Shown here piece after piece: positions 49,160 to 60,452 of a DNA stretch of 64,000 nucleotides. The stretch covers positions 124,001 to 188,000 of the IMG/VR virus record IMGVR_UViG_3300028364_000014. One strand, written 5' to 3'. Numbering within the stretch: position 1 is the stretch's first letter; each line of letters begins with the position of its first letter. The notes under the pieces were generated by a model. The model did no database searches, was not told the DNA's origin, and saw nothing but the letters and a program-made list of their open reading frames with translations. The translations under genes and the position numbers were made by a program.

Positions 49160-49199
49160 ATTATTAATATAAACACTATTTATAATTTGTCAAGTTATT

Positions 49200-49969
49200 T
49201 TATTTATGATTAGCATTAATTCTTTCTATCGCTTTATTAAACCATTCAAGCTCTTTTTCAATACCGATAAAGTTCCTATTATTATGTAAGCAACTAATTC
49301 CAGTAGTACCACGCCCCATAGCGAAATCAAGAACAGTGTCCCCTTCATTAGAATAACATTTAATTAAGTAATCCATAAGCTTAATTGGTTTTTCTGTTTT
49401 ATGCCCATTTTTTACTCTTGGATTTGATATCTCTATAACACTAGTGGCGTGTCTATATCCGTTATTAATAGTTGTATTATTTCTTTGTTTACCATAAGTC
49501 CCACTAAAAGATAGCGCTTTTCTTGTTATTTTATAAGGAGTACCTTTGGTTTTTTGTTCGTTATAAGTTCCTGGTTTATCATAAAATATTAAAATATTTT
49601 CGTGCATCCTTAAAGGTTGCCGCTTTATATTAAGCTGTCCTGACCCTATGGCTTTCTTCCAAATAATGTCATATTTATACCAATCAGGGTTACTTAATAT
49701 CAACTGGCTTGTAAACGGTTGGGCTGAGGTTAGCACCACTAAACCTCTAGGTTTTAAAACCCTTTTAATATTTTCCCATAAAGGTTTAAATGGAATAACG
49801 ACATCCCATTTATTATTTGTTGTACAACTCAACCGTAAGGCGGGTCTGACAGCACTAAATCTACAGAATTATCAGGAATATTACTCATAACATCCAAACA
49901 ATCCCCATAGATAAGTAACCCAGGACCAATACGCCTTACAGCTTCGTCTTTTTTTATCGAGTCAGACAA
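49200..49969 (-). pseudogene. N4/N6 DNA methyltransferase (beta class) split into two frames
   Basis: The 49829-49969 ORF encodes ..GDCLDVM..VDLVLSDPPYG*. The 49200-49832 ORF in the -1 frame continues TTNNKWD, H.TEKP and VLDFAMGRGTT. Confidence 0.8.
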
Positions 49970-50019
49970 AGTAATCTCCTATCCCTTTTTTAACTTCATT
50001 AATAATATAATACTTTTTC

Positions 50020-50460
50020 CTAAGTTGTCAAGTAATTATTTTTACTACTAACGCAACGTTCCATAAGCACCAATCTAACTAAGTTCCCATCAGCACTTCC
50101 TTTTAGCTCTGACATAATAAAACCCATTGCTTTTATAGGAGTAGCATAAGAATCAAAGTCAACATTATTAAATATCCAACTCTCTATTTCTTTTTCTGTC
50201 ATCATAGCAGGTATAAAACTTTTCAATATATTTAGGTATTCAGATTTAGATTCATCAACCCCTGAATACTCTAAAACAATGAGCTCTGATTTAATTAACT
50301 TAGTAATAATACCATTAATGTCGTCTTTAGTTACTTCTTCCCCTTTCTTCTTATTTAACCTAGGAATTTCCCCTAAGATCATCCTCAATGTGTATTTCTT
50401 ATTAATATCTTTAGCCTTAGTAGCTTTTTTTAGCATCACCTTTAAATCTTTTTCTTTCAT
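50020..50460 (-). CDS. GatB/YqeY domain protein
   Basis: LRMILGEI and a MG.IM..LKG.ADG..V..V C-terminus. Confidence 0.75.
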   Translation of the reverse strand: MKEKDLKVMLKKATKAKDINKKYTLRMILGEIPRLNKKKGEEVTKDDINGIITKLIKSELIVLEYSGVDESKSEYLNILKSFIPAMMTEKEIESWIFNNVDFDSYATPIKAMGFIMSELKGSADGNLVRLVLMERCVSSKNNYLTT

Positions 50461-50532
50461 AATTATTCCTTTAGTATATATTTAAACTTTACACATAATA
50501 TAATACATTTATTCAACTTGTCAAGTAATTAT

Positions 50533-51069
50533 TTAAGAATCTGGGGTTTCAGAAACTACTGAGTTATCATCCGTATTTACTGAGTTATCATCTACTGCAC
50601 TCGAATGATCGTCTATAATAGTTGAATTATCATCGGTGTATTCTGACTTATCAGTTGTACTATGGTCTGAATGATTAGAACTATCTGGATTATAACTATC
50701 TTTATAAGTTGTGTCCCCACTACTAGCATTAATCACACGTTCTAAAGCCTTACCTCCCTCTCTAATACCAAACACAGTACCTACGGATGTAATAGCTGTA
50801 TTAACTGATTTCCAAGCTGGGTGTGGTGGAGGATTATAAGGAGCCAATCTAATAACCTTACGTTCAGGATACATTTTTATCCCTTCTATTCTCCCATCTT
50901 CCCCTATTTGAAGGTCAATTAACGGTTTTGGTTCTTGATTTATTTGAGTAAGCATGGCTTGTTGATACGCGGCATAATTCGGGTCTATTAATGCGGTATT
51001 TCTCGAAGTACATGATGGAAGTATAAATACAGATAATAAACAACCAATTAAAAAATAGTACCTTATCAT
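50533..51069 (-). CDS. Lipoprotein with Asp/Ser-rich tail
   Basis: Signal peptide ending LPSC. Confidence 0.65.
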   Translation of the reverse strand: MIRYYFLIGCLLSVFILPSCTSRNTALIDPNYAAYQQAMLTQINQEPKPLIDLQIGEDGRIEGIKMYPERKVIRLAPYNPPPHPAWKSVNTAITSVGTVFGIREGGKALERVINASSGDTTYKDSYNPDSSNHSDHSTTDKSEYTDDNSTIIDDHSSAVDDNSVNTDDNSVVSETPDS

Positions 51070-51522
51070 TTTATCACCCCCTTTCTTTTTGTAAGCTTTT
51101 AAATACTAACTTATTTCTCCTTCATATTGTCCCTCCCCAAAATGGTTTTTGTTTTTAGATCTTCTATGTTTACCGTCCGGAACAGTAGTCCCATCAGTAT
51201 CTTCAGACGGTCTATTTCCTGAATCAGCCTCATGAAAATGTTCTTTATTTAAATCAGCGTGATTATTAGTCTCCGCTTGTCTAGAAAATTCCCTCTTACG
51301 TATAGAAGGGTCTGTCATTTCATCTATATCACGCGTAGTTTTATCTACTGGATTCACTTTAGTATTACAATTTCCTCCTACTACTTTTGTATAATCATGT
51401 TGTTTTCGTTGAATACCTGTAGTGTGTTTTCTATTGCCACCAAAATCTCCATCACTAGAATCACTAGATGAATTATTAACTGGATTATCATTAGGACTTA
51501 AAAAATTCATAGTATTACTCCT

Positions 51523-52104
51523 TTATTTTCGTTCTATTATTTCTTTACACCACGATAAATCATCAATAAATTTTTTATAAACTTTGTGCTTAATTCCTCC
51601 CAATCTTACTAGATAAGATGGGTGATAAGTAACTACTATACTTATTTTCTCTGTGAATTTATATCGTTTGCCCCGCATAGAACTAAGAGAAGTAGAAGGT
51701 GTTTTATTTAATAGGGCTCTGCTTACGTCACCTCCAAGCGCTAGTATAATCATAGGCTCTATAGCATTTATTTGTTCTACTAAATAAGGAAAACAATTAT
51801 TTATCCATTCTTCTTCTAATTTAAAACCGGGTTGAATAAAGCATTTAATTAAGTTTGTTATATAAACATCCCGTAAGGATAATTCAGAATCAATTAATGC
51901 TTTATCCAACAACTTACCCGATCTTCCTATAAAAGGTAATCCAGCTTTATTTGTTATTGTATTTTCATCAGCTCCAGGACACATACCACATATCATTATC
52001 TTAGAATATGGATTTCCTTTAGCAAACACTAAGGATGCACGTGTTTTATATAAATCACATTTTTTACAAAATTTAATTTTTTCTTGTAGCTTGTTTAATT
52101 TCAT
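51523..52104 (-). CDS. Uracil-DNA glycosylase family 4-like
   Basis: C..C.L..R, PFIGRSG, YITNLIKC and TYHPSY; motif A reads GMCPG. Confidence 0.85.
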   Translation of the reverse strand: MKLNKLQEKIKFCKKCDLYKTRASLVFAKGNPYSKIMICGMCPGADENTITNKAGLPFIGRSGKLLDKALIDSELSLRDVYITNLIKCFIQPGFKLEEEWINNCFPYLVEQINAIEPMIILALGGDVSRALLNKTPSTSLSSMRGKRYKFTEKISIVVTYHPSYLVRLGGIKHKVYKKFIDDLSWCKEIIERK

Positions 52105-52127
52105 CTTACCCTACTTATAACAAATAA

Positions 52128-52676
52128 TTAAGAAAAGAATAACCCATAAAAAGGATTAACTAATTTTTCAGGTGTGCTCATATCCATCCAGCCTATTAAA
52201 ACGCCTTTGTTTGAAACACATCGTTTGGCCGCGGCTACTAAATCCGCAATCATAGGCAATGTTTCATTAGTAATACGAGAATAACAATCAAGAAAAATAA
52301 AATCAAATTTTTGTTTAGTAGTGTATAGATAAGTAATATAGTTTTCCCTTACAGCGGTTAGCCTTTCATCATAAATTATACCATAATCTACTTGACTGTT
52401 TATAATATCTAAAGACTCTTCAACTACCGTTAATTTTTTCACCTTATTTAAAGATAGAATATATTTAGTAGCAACCCCGAGACCTAAACCTAGTACTAAA
52501 CAATTACCAAAAGGCTTACTACTAATTTGCCATATATAGTCACTTAATTCTCGGTCGGAATAAATAAGTTGTTTATCTTGTTCCATGAATAACTCGTTAT
52601 TCATACTATAAACTTTAATATTACCGTGTTGTGACACTAAATCACCTTCTATGTAATGAAAACTACCTTGGTCCAT
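52128..52676 (-). CDS. Spermidine-synthase-like SAM-dependent methyltransferase
   Basis: CLVLGLGLG, VVE and FDFIFLD. Confidence 0.75.
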   Translation of the reverse strand: MDQGSFHYIEGDLVSQHGNIKVYSMNNELFMEQDKQLIYSDRELSDYIWQISSKPFGNCLVLGLGLGVATKYILSLNKVKKLTVVEESLDIINSQVDYGIIYDERLTAVRENYITYLYTTKQKFDFIFLDCYSRITNETLPMIADLVAAAKRCVSNKGVLIGWMDMSTPEKLVNPFYGLFFS

Positions 52677-53069
52677 AACGGTCTCCTACAAGTATTAAAT
52701 TATATTATTAAGTGAATTTCATTTCTTTTAGTTTTAAATTATCTGCAAATGTAAAAACTATACGTAACTCAGCACCGTTAGTTAAATCCTCATTATAAAC
52801 TGTGTATGACTCATATACTTCTTTAATTGGATTAAAATATCTGGTGCCCATATTACATTCTTTTGCTACACTCAATAAGTTATCAAGGTACTCATTAACT
52901 CGTTCCTTTACAGAGAGTTCCCATTGTTCCTCAGAAGTAAGTAAAGCCTCAGTTTCCACAATTTTTTCCTTTTTTTTAGGTGGTATTGTTTTAGCATAGG
53001 ACTCTTTAATTACTTTTTTCTTAGTAATATTCTCAGTATTTGATTCTTTAGATGTAAGTTTTGTCATAA

Positions 53070-53564
53070 TTAATTTCCTTTATTGGTTTTATCCAGTAAC
53101 TTTTTAGCTTTTTCTGTTTCTTGTTCTTGATCATACACATCTGTAGTCAAACGAACAAGTTTTCTAGCCCATTCCGGATCATCCTCATTTCTTTTTATTT
53201 CTTGATAAAAATCCTCAATTTCGTGCCCTACAATTTTAGCTTTGTCTTTTTCATCAATATAAATATGCTGCAATTCGTGAGAAATAATTCTTTGTTTGTC
53301 TTTTAAACTGGCTAAATCCCATGCCCTTTTATCTACAAATAAAATATAATCATATCCCTCTTCAGCAGTATTATCAGTAGTAAAAAATTTAATTTTAGCA
53401 GAGGCTAGCTCAATACAAGCTAGTACCATAGCGCCACCGCTCACTTTTTTCTTTAAGTCATAAACTAGTTTAAATTTTAAATAATTATACTGAGGGAATC
53501 TTTCAGCTAGTATATAATAAAATACTTTCTCTAGATCTTCATCCGATGTTTGATATCTTAACAT
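53070..53564 (-). CDS. Putative phage metallopeptidase
   Basis: IISHELQHI ... HEIEDF. Confidence 0.7.
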   Translation of the reverse strand: MLRYQTSDEDLEKVFYYILAERFPQYNYLKFKLVYDLKKKVSGGAMVLACIELASAKIKFFTTDNTAEEGYDYILFVDKRAWDLASLKDKQRIISHELQHIYIDEKDKAKIVGHEIEDFYQEIKRNEDDPEWARKLVRLTTDVYDQEQETEKAKKLLDKTNKGN

Positions 53565-53865
53565 AATTTAATACCTTTTAATTATTACTTCGTTGATTAA
53601 AATGCTCCGCCAAATTTATCAAACTGTCTGGGGAAGCAGGACCAAATTGTTTATTATTATTTCTATTATTTTTTTTATTACTATTTTTATAATGAGGATT
53701 TCCATTACTATCGTAACAAATTTTTACTGTTTTGCCATTTTTTAACTTTTTTATTACTATCTTTCCACCGTCTTTTGCACACTCACTAAAATTTTTAACC
53801 ATTTAGTTCTCCTTAATTAATAATAAAATCTTTTCTTACTGTATAAATATGTTTACTAACAAACC

Positions 53866-55659
53866 TCAAGGAAAATCTATATGGGTTAACTTATTTGCAA
53901 CCTCAGGTTCTAACACCCAATAAATTTTAGCTGTATCCGAACTTCCTTTTAGTAATTGAACATTGCCAGTAACTAGTCCACGTTTAATGAGATTAAGTAT
54001 AGAATCAGCACTTTCTGTACAATTATTTGCAAATCCTAATACATTAGTACACTCACCAAATTCATTAAATATAGGTGTTTTTCTTACTCTTAAAATAAAC
54101 CACTTTGAATTACCCTTTTTATGCTCAATGTATCCAGCTTCTATATAATCACAAGGACAGCCTTGATCAATGCAATGCTGATCAGTAATAATACTTATGT
54201 CTTTAAATCCGTGTTCCCTGCCGTTCTTTTTAAACGATTGTAATAACTCTGAGGTAGTTTTACCAACCACTTCTTTACAAGTAGGACCACTTGTTGTTTT
54301 AATACCATAAAAATCTGTACAAAAACTAGAATCTATAAAGGCATATTCAAATTCCTCATTAGCACCGCGCTCTTTATCCCATATATATCCATCCACCGCC
54401 TCTGTTAAAAAATTAATTCTATTATAGGCACTAACCATTTTATTATAATACACTTCTCTATTTAATTTTTCATTCTTTAAATCAGTAATATCTCTTAAAT
54501 GCTCAATTACTTTAACTACTTGACCTTCTTCGTTTAAAATAGGATAAGATCTACAGTCGTACCAACCTTCGAGCCTTTCAATATATCTTTCAAGTTTTTC
54601 TGGTTTCTTACTTATTTTACACTTAGCTGTTTGGCAGTCATCACAAGGAGCAGTACGACCTATTAACTCATAACACCTACGCTTAACTACAGTAGATTGG
54701 TCCTCACCAAACATAGCTAAACCGGCTTTATTATAGGCTAATATATTACTATGAGCATCTTGTACACCTATTACATCAGGTATAGCGTCTAATATTCCTT
54801 TTATTAGGGCACTTGTTTCATCGATTTCTTGTTGTATTAAAACACTCTTCGTAATATCTTGAACTGTACCTACGGATTTTATAGGGCAACCTTCTACAGT
54901 ATATTCTGTTTCACACCATCCTACAACATACTTCAAGCGTCCATCAGGCATTGCCAATCTGTATGTAGTAATATAAGGGGTTTTATTGTCTAAAGAATTA
55001 ATATAGGCATCAGATATTTTGTCCCGATCCTCATGATAAACTGATGTTACAAACATACTCCATAAATTTATAGAAGTGTCTTCTTCTACTTCAAATATTT
55101 TATACATTTCATCTGACCATATTAATTTACCGGGACATGCACCTTCTTTCCAAACATTATTTGGTGCAAGCAAAGACCAGCTACCTATCAAAGCCATTCT
55201 TTGTGATTCAGCTAGTAGATACGACATATCTTGAATTTTTGTATCCGCCTGTCTAATTTTAGTTATATCCTCAATAATAAACATATAACCAATTGTTACA
55301 TCTCTGTCATCCTTTATAGTAGACTTAGTCATATTAAACCATTTATTTATAGCTTGAATATAAAAGGAATCAAATGTATGTGGCTTGTTAATAGCAGGCT
55401 CAATTATTTCACACTCTTCAGTTATAATTTGATTATTATATAAACCACTTAATTTTTTATTTATGAGTTCTTTTTGGGGGATATCTAAAAAAGCTAAGAA
55501 GGGTTTATTAACAAATTTAATTTTACAAGAAGGATTAACAATGCAAATAAATTCCTTTACTGAATCGAATGCATATTTCCAGGAATCAGTCTGGTCTTTT
55601 AGATAACCATTAGTAGTTAGAGTTCTAGTTAGATCTCTAAGTTTATTTAATTCATCCAT
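53866..55659 (-). CDS. Multi-PAS/PAC sensor protein without an output domain
   Basis: Four PAS/PAC units (AFDSV..VN, GSW..WSDEMY..HEDR..QDIT, ILDAIPD..N..LRDITD, TPIFNE.G); no HisKA, GGDEF or REC motif seen. Confidence 0.8.
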   Translation of the reverse strand: MDELNKLRDLTRTLTTNGYLKDQTDSWKYAFDSVKEFICIVNPSCKIKFVNKPFLAFLDIPQKELINKKLSGLYNNQIITEECEIIEPAINKPHTFDSFYIQAINKWFNMTKSTIKDDRDVTIGYMFIIEDITKIRQADTKIQDMSYLLAESQRMALIGSWSLLAPNNVWKEGACPGKLIWSDEMYKIFEVEEDTSINLWSMFVTSVYHEDRDKISDAYINSLDNKTPYITTYRLAMPDGRLKYVVGWCETEYTVEGCPIKSVGTVQDITKSVLIQQEIDETSALIKGILDAIPDVIGVQDAHSNILAYNKAGLAMFGEDQSTVVKRRCYELIGRTAPCDDCQTAKCKISKKPEKLERYIERLEGWYDCRSYPILNEEGQVVKVIEHLRDITDLKNEKLNREVYYNKMVSAYNRINFLTEAVDGYIWDKERGANEEFEYAFIDSSFCTDFYGIKTTSGPTCKEVVGKTTSELLQSFKKNGREHGFKDISIITDQHCIDQGCPCDYIEAGYIEHKKGNSKWFILRVRKTPIFNEFGECTNVLGFANNCTESADSILNLIKRGLVTGNVQLLKGSSDTAKIYWVLEPEVANKLTHIDFP

Positions 55660-55665
55660 TTTTAT

Positions 55666-56157
55666 CTAAGCTCCTATCCAAGCTTTAATTGCATCTTTAA
55701 AGACCATTAACACCCCCGTAGCCATTACTCCTAACAAAGAAGTTACACCTATAGTAATCATAGCTATATAAGCGGTCAATTTAGTGCCTATTGCCGTTTG
55801 ATTAATCGATAATACATCCACTTTATTATCCAAACATTTAAAATCCTCTTTACAAAAAACATTTAATTGCCTTTCTACAGCCCTTATTATACATTGTAAC
55901 CTAGTTTCTAATTTTTCTAACTCTTTAGAACTAATAGCCGCATTAGCTTTCAAATCCAGTAAAAGATCTTCTTTAAGTTTTATAAGTTCTTGATGGATTT
56001 TATCTCTGTCTTTTTGTGATTGTCTAGAAGTTTCAGCTATCTGCTCATGAAGCCTATTAAGGGTTTCAAATACATAAGAAAACCATTGTTTTTTCATAAT
56101 CTCGGCTTCTTCTAAATGCATGTGCACAATTGGATCAGAGAAATGATCTTCCCTCAT
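55666..56157 (-). CDS. Coiled-coil protein with C-terminal TM segment
   Basis: Hydrophobic C-terminal helix. Confidence 0.6.
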   Translation of the reverse strand: MREDHFSDPIVHMHLEEAEIMKKQWFSYVFETLNRLHEQIAETSRQSQKDRDKIHQELIKLKEDLLLDLKANAAISSKELEKLETRLQCIIRAVERQLNVFCKEDFKCLDNKVDVLSINQTAIGTKLTAYIAMITIGVTSLLGVMATGVLMVFKDAIKAWIGA

Positions 56158-56396
56158 TACAGGTTATTTCCCCTTATGATTTGATTAACTTCTTACCACA
56201 ACAGGGACAAAACGACATGGGTATACAGTATCTACTCACGTGAGTTATCCCGTCCTGGTCTTCTAGGTGTGTCCATTGAATATACCATTTATTAACGTCT
56301 GGATACCAATAAAAAACCTCACTATAGTTTCTAACATAAGACTCAAAAATCTCACAACAAAAAGCATGTTTCATTTTTTTTTAATCCTTAATTATA

Positions 56397-56936
56397 TTAA
56401 TGTACACTTCCTCCACCAACATAAGGAGTAAAATCGTATTTGCCACCTAGAGAACGCCAACCTTCAGTAGGCCAATTCTTACCGGCAACCATACCACTTA
56501 TAGTAACATTAGTATCCATAACATCAAAGCCAGGAAGTTCCATAGTAGCTCCAGTAGTACCAGACCCGCTAACAGTAGTAGCTGACAAACCTAGTCTAAA
56601 AAACTGGTCATCTCTAACTCTATTTATTGTAGAGCCAACTATATAAGGATTATGATCAACATTGATCGCCCTACCACCAATATTTTGACCCATCCCAGTA
56701 TCCTCCGTAATAACATTGTGATCTAACAAGTTATCTTTTGATTCAAAATCAAGAACTGTTCTGGTATAATCCGCACCCATCCTATCTCCAACATTTAATG
56801 CGCCAAAATTAGCAATCTTTGAATCGAAAGTACGCCTGATAGAAGTACTTGTATCGGTTCTAGCAACACCAGACGCCGTAAGTTCAACCTCACTAACTCC
56901 TGTAGCATCTATTTGATAAAAATCATACTCACTCAT
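56397..56936 (-). CDS. Hypothetical protein (possibly virion-associated)
   Basis: AAGGAG RBS; Gly/Thr-rich. Confidence 0.55.
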   Translation of the reverse strand: MSEYDFYQIDATGVSEVELTASGVARTDTSTSIRRTFDSKIANFGALNVGDRMGADYTRTVLDFESKDNLLDHNVITEDTGMGQNIGGRAINVDHNPYIVGSTINRVRDDQFFRLGLSATTVSGSGTTGATMELPGFDVMDTNVTISGMVAGKNWPTEGWRSLGGKYDFTPYVGGGSVH

Positions 56937-57016
56937 AATATTTCTCCTTTATATTTTTTAATGAGGGCTACTCCCTCTATATATAGTATAGTACATAAAA
57001 CAATAAATCTCAGATT

Positions 57017-57988
57017 TTATTTAAAATTATACAGTCTTACTTTAACTTTACTATTATTTAATAAAAATTCTGAGTTATCATCATAAAAGGTTACACCGGT
57101 TACTACCACTTCTGAAATGCCGGCGTTAATTATCTTAATAATGCATCTAAAACACGGTATTCCGCAACTTAAATAAAGAGTAGCTCCTTTAGTAGCTATA
57201 CCATGCCAAGCAGCATTCAAGATTGCATTTTCTTCTGCATGACCTGCTATACATATGTCCAACATCTCACCGGATTTAGCGCCCATAGAGTGTCTAGGGC
57301 ATATTGGATTACATGGATCAATAGGTTTAATTACCTTATCTTTGTACTTATTTATAAAATTAGAATCTAACTCCCATCTACGCTCACAGCTTGGTATCCC
57401 TCTAGGAGGTCCATTATATCCAGTACTTACTATACTTTTATCTTTAACTAGGACAGCCCCTATTCGTCTAGATAAACACTTAGAATGTCTTGCTGCTTGT
57501 CTACACACATTAAAAAAATACTCATCCCAGTTTTTAACTGGAGGGTCGGTAATAGAATAAACATCTACTGGGTTATTTAATAATTTATCCTTATCTTCAT
57601 CAGTAACCAACTCAACCGGTAAATGTAGCTTCTGAGCAGTAACTTCTGCTACAAAATCCCTACGTTTTTGTATAAAAGCACTAATACCTGTTACTTTAGT
57701 CATTATTAAATATTTCAAAGTTAATGATAGTATAAATTTATCCAAAATTTCTTTGTCATCATGTAATCTTTCAATTAAAGTATCTTTAATTTCATTATAA
57801 GCTTCAGTAAAAGAATACCCTACTTCTTTTGATACTTTTAATATATTAGCTACGTCAATTATAACAGTAGAATCAAAAGTTAATATAAAACTATCGATTT
57901 TTTTTAAAGTTCTTTCTGTTACTGGACCTTTAAAATACTTATGAAATAAGGTCTTAAAAAAATCATCTAAAATTAATTGGTTTATCAT
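57017..57988 (-). CDS. dCMP deaminase with N-terminal extension
   Basis: WDEYF...S.C.SRRIGAV, GYNGPPRG, HAEENA and PCFRC. Confidence 0.9.
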   Translation of the reverse strand: MINQLILDDFFKTLFHKYFKGPVTERTLKKIDSFILTFDSTVIIDVANILKVSKEVGYSFTEAYNEIKDTLIERLHDDKEILDKFILSLTLKYLIMTKVTGISAFIQKRRDFVAEVTAQKLHLPVELVTDEDKDKLLNNPVDVYSITDPPVKNWDEYFFNVCRQAARHSKCLSRRIGAVLVKDKSIVSTGYNGPPRGIPSCERRWELDSNFINKYKDKVIKPIDPCNPICPRHSMGAKSGEMLDICIAGHAEENAILNAAWHGIATKGATLYLSCGIPCFRCIIKIINAGISEVVVTGVTFYDDNSEFLLNNSKVKVRLYNFK

Positions 57989-58256
57989 CTACTACTTATC
58001 CTTAAGTTATATTATTATCAATAATTATTGGCCAATAATAATCTACATCATTATTATCTTTACCTAGTCTTATTCTTTCTTCTTCCGTATCATACTGCAT
58101 AATCTTGAGTCTTTTTTTATCGTTACATATTGGGCAAGTAATATCTAACACCATAATCAAACTACCTGACCTTGGTCTGAAGATACACTCCCCCTGTACT
58201 CCACAATCACATGAGTATTTAATCGTGTCGCCGTCTGTTTTAATTATTTTTAGCAT

Positions 58257-59528
58257 TTAAAATCCTTTTTCATCTATTACAATATCTTTAGGTAACTTAT
58301 CTTCATGTTTTTTACTATAAGATGGAAACTGGTAAGCCCCTGTAGGAAATCTTTGTGAATAGGAAATCTCTATAACACACGGTAGTTCCCAATAATCTAT
58401 TTCGCATTCACCTTGTTTAATTTTTAGCCCTGAACCTACTCTACCTAGAGGAATTATCTTACCTACCTGATTATATTTACCTATTAAAAGACTACCGACT
58501 TTACCTTGTTTAGCACCAGTACCTTCCTTCCAATCATAAGCTACAACATCATCTTCTTTAACAGCTTTTACCTTCCAACATGCCCTTCTTGTGGGTTTTC
58601 CTGTGTAGGTAATTTCTGCATTCTCATGAGCGTGCCAAAGAACTAATCCTTCATATTGCATTTTATTTTTATCTACCCACCCATATGCCTCATTATACGA
58701 ATCAAATAGTTTCTCTTTGGGTAGTATTACAGAACTATTAGCTATTAAACTTTTTGTAAGAAATCCTAACGAATCCTCATAATTTTCTTCTGTAAAGTCC
58801 TCTCTATCTGAAAACAACACATTAAAAACTACAGCTATAACTTTATGTTTTTCCTGCAAAGCTAGTGATGTTTTAATATCTTCCTTCAATTCACCATTTA
58901 AAGTGTCAGATTTAGAGATACTTTGCATCAACTTAAACCCTTCCATATGGGATATTTTTAACTCAGGATCGATTACAAATTCAGCAATCAATAAGGTATT
59001 ATACGGCAATTTCATATCTTCTATGGTTTTTACAATGTTTAAGTACTTTTTAGTATGGTCATTAATACGTCTAGTATATATTTTAACTTCTCCTATAGAA
59101 GTTACTAAAATATAATGACACAAACCATTATATTTTAAAAAAAACCTTGCTAACTTATCCTTAATCAATTTATTACATTTTGTTTTAGAAATACTTGTAT
59201 TAGGTTTAGAACAACAAAACTGGACAGGTAAATTATTAAAATCCATTTGATTATTATTTAAGTCTGGTAAATCATCTAAAGATTTAGCTATTTGTAACCC
59301 TTCCTTTAATCTAGTTTCAATTAATCTAGTATAGTCAGCTTTAGCAGCCTCATCTGGGTTAAGTTCATTAGCTTTACCTCTATTAATGTAGCCATAGGTA
59401 TGAAAGGTGGTTTGAATTTTTCCACCAACTAGTCCCCACTTACGGGTAATTGTATCACCAACCAATGTTAAAATGACAAATTTTACTCTCCCAGTAGAGT
59501 GATTTTGTACTAAAATTATTTCTTCCAT
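58257..59528 (-). CDS. ATP-dependent DNA ligase with WGR-like N-terminus
   Basis: RKWG..GG, motif I KYNG, AEF, EGLVL, WKVK and an OB-fold with VGSG ... RFP. Confidence 0.8.
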   Translation of the reverse strand: MEEIILVQNHSTGRVKFVILTLVGDTITRKWGLVGGKIQTTFHTYGYINRGKANELNPDEAAKADYTRLIETRLKEGLQIAKSLDDLPDLNNNQMDFNNLPVQFCCSKPNTSISKTKCNKLIKDKLARFFLKYNGLCHYILVTSIGEVKIYTRRINDHTKKYLNIVKTIEDMKLPYNTLLIAEFVIDPELKISHMEGFKLMQSISKSDTLNGELKEDIKTSLALQEKHKVIAVVFNVLFSDREDFTEENYEDSLGFLTKSLIANSSVILPKEKLFDSYNEAYGWVDKNKMQYEGLVLWHAHENAEITYTGKPTRRACWKVKAVKEDDVVAYDWKEGTGAKQGKVGSLLIGKYNQVGKIIPLGRVGSGLKIKQGECEIDYWELPCVIEISYSQRFPTGAYQFPSYSKKHEDKLPKDIVIDEKGF

Positions 59529-59588
59529 TTTATAGCTCCTTTAATTTTCCTCAATCTTACACATAATATAGTACATTTTATGGATTTG

Positions 59589-60452
59589 TCAAGTAAATAT
59601 TTGATCCTTAACACATCTAAGTTCATAATACCCACAACCAGGGAGCTTGTGTACGTCCTTATGACATGTTTTGCATAAAGTAATGGTGTTAGCCACATCA
59701 TTTCCTAAACGTGGATTCTGGGTGTATCCTTCGATGTGATGGCAATGAAGCGGAGCTTCCTTTTGGATGGCTCCGCAAATTTGGCACTTCCAGTTGTCAC
59801 GCTCAAAACACATTTGTCTAACTAGAGGATTAACTTCGCGGGATGATGCAGGTTTGAATTCTTTAGGCCATAATTTTTGATTATACACAGGACAAGCTTC
59901 TTTACAATTATCTGAACAGTATAATGAACATTCACCTTCCATCTGTCCTTTAATTGTTTTAATTCTTGAACTTACTTCTATATTTGTAGGTATAAAGTAT
60001 TTACCACAGTACCTACATTTAACTTCTAAAGAGATACCATCTTTAGAAAGTCTGGGTGACTCATCAACAGTGAGTTTATCTTTATAAGTTTTATAAATAG
60101 CAAAATTATTATTGTATTCAATACTTCGTGCTTTTATTACTTCTTTATTCATTTCTTTATATATTTTATTTTGTTTGTTTATTTTTATTTTATTATGTGT
60201 TCTATATTTATATTTTCTACTGCTTATTTCTTTTTTATTGTTATTATAATATTCTTTGTGTTGTTTATTTATTTTTTCTTTGTTATTTTGATAATATAAT
60301 TTCATAAATAAAGAGTGTTCTTTTTTATTATTATAATAATAACCTTTCTTACAGTCTTTACATATTGTATAAATACCATCTTTGGAATTCTTATCCTTAC
60401 TGAACTCACTAGAATCTTTAACTTCTTTACATTTTGTACACATTTTTTCCAT
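59589..60452 (-). CDS. HNH endonuclease
   Basis: N-terminal CxxC zinc finger, YYxNNK repeats and CQICG..HCHHI..TLCKTCH. Confidence 0.85.
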   Translation of the reverse strand: MEKMCTKCKEVKDSSEFSKDKNSKDGIYTICKDCKKGYYYNNKKEHSLFMKLYYQNNKEKINKQHKEYYNNNKKEISSRKYKYRTHNKIKINKQNKIYKEMNKEVIKARSIEYNNNFAIYKTYKDKLTVDESPRLSKDGISLEVKCRYCGKYFIPTNIEVSSRIKTIKGQMEGECSLYCSDNCKEACPVYNQKLWPKEFKPASSREVNPLVRQMCFERDNWKCQICGAIQKEAPLHCHHIEGYTQNPRLGNDVANTITLCKTCHKDVHKLPGCGYYELRCVKDQIFT

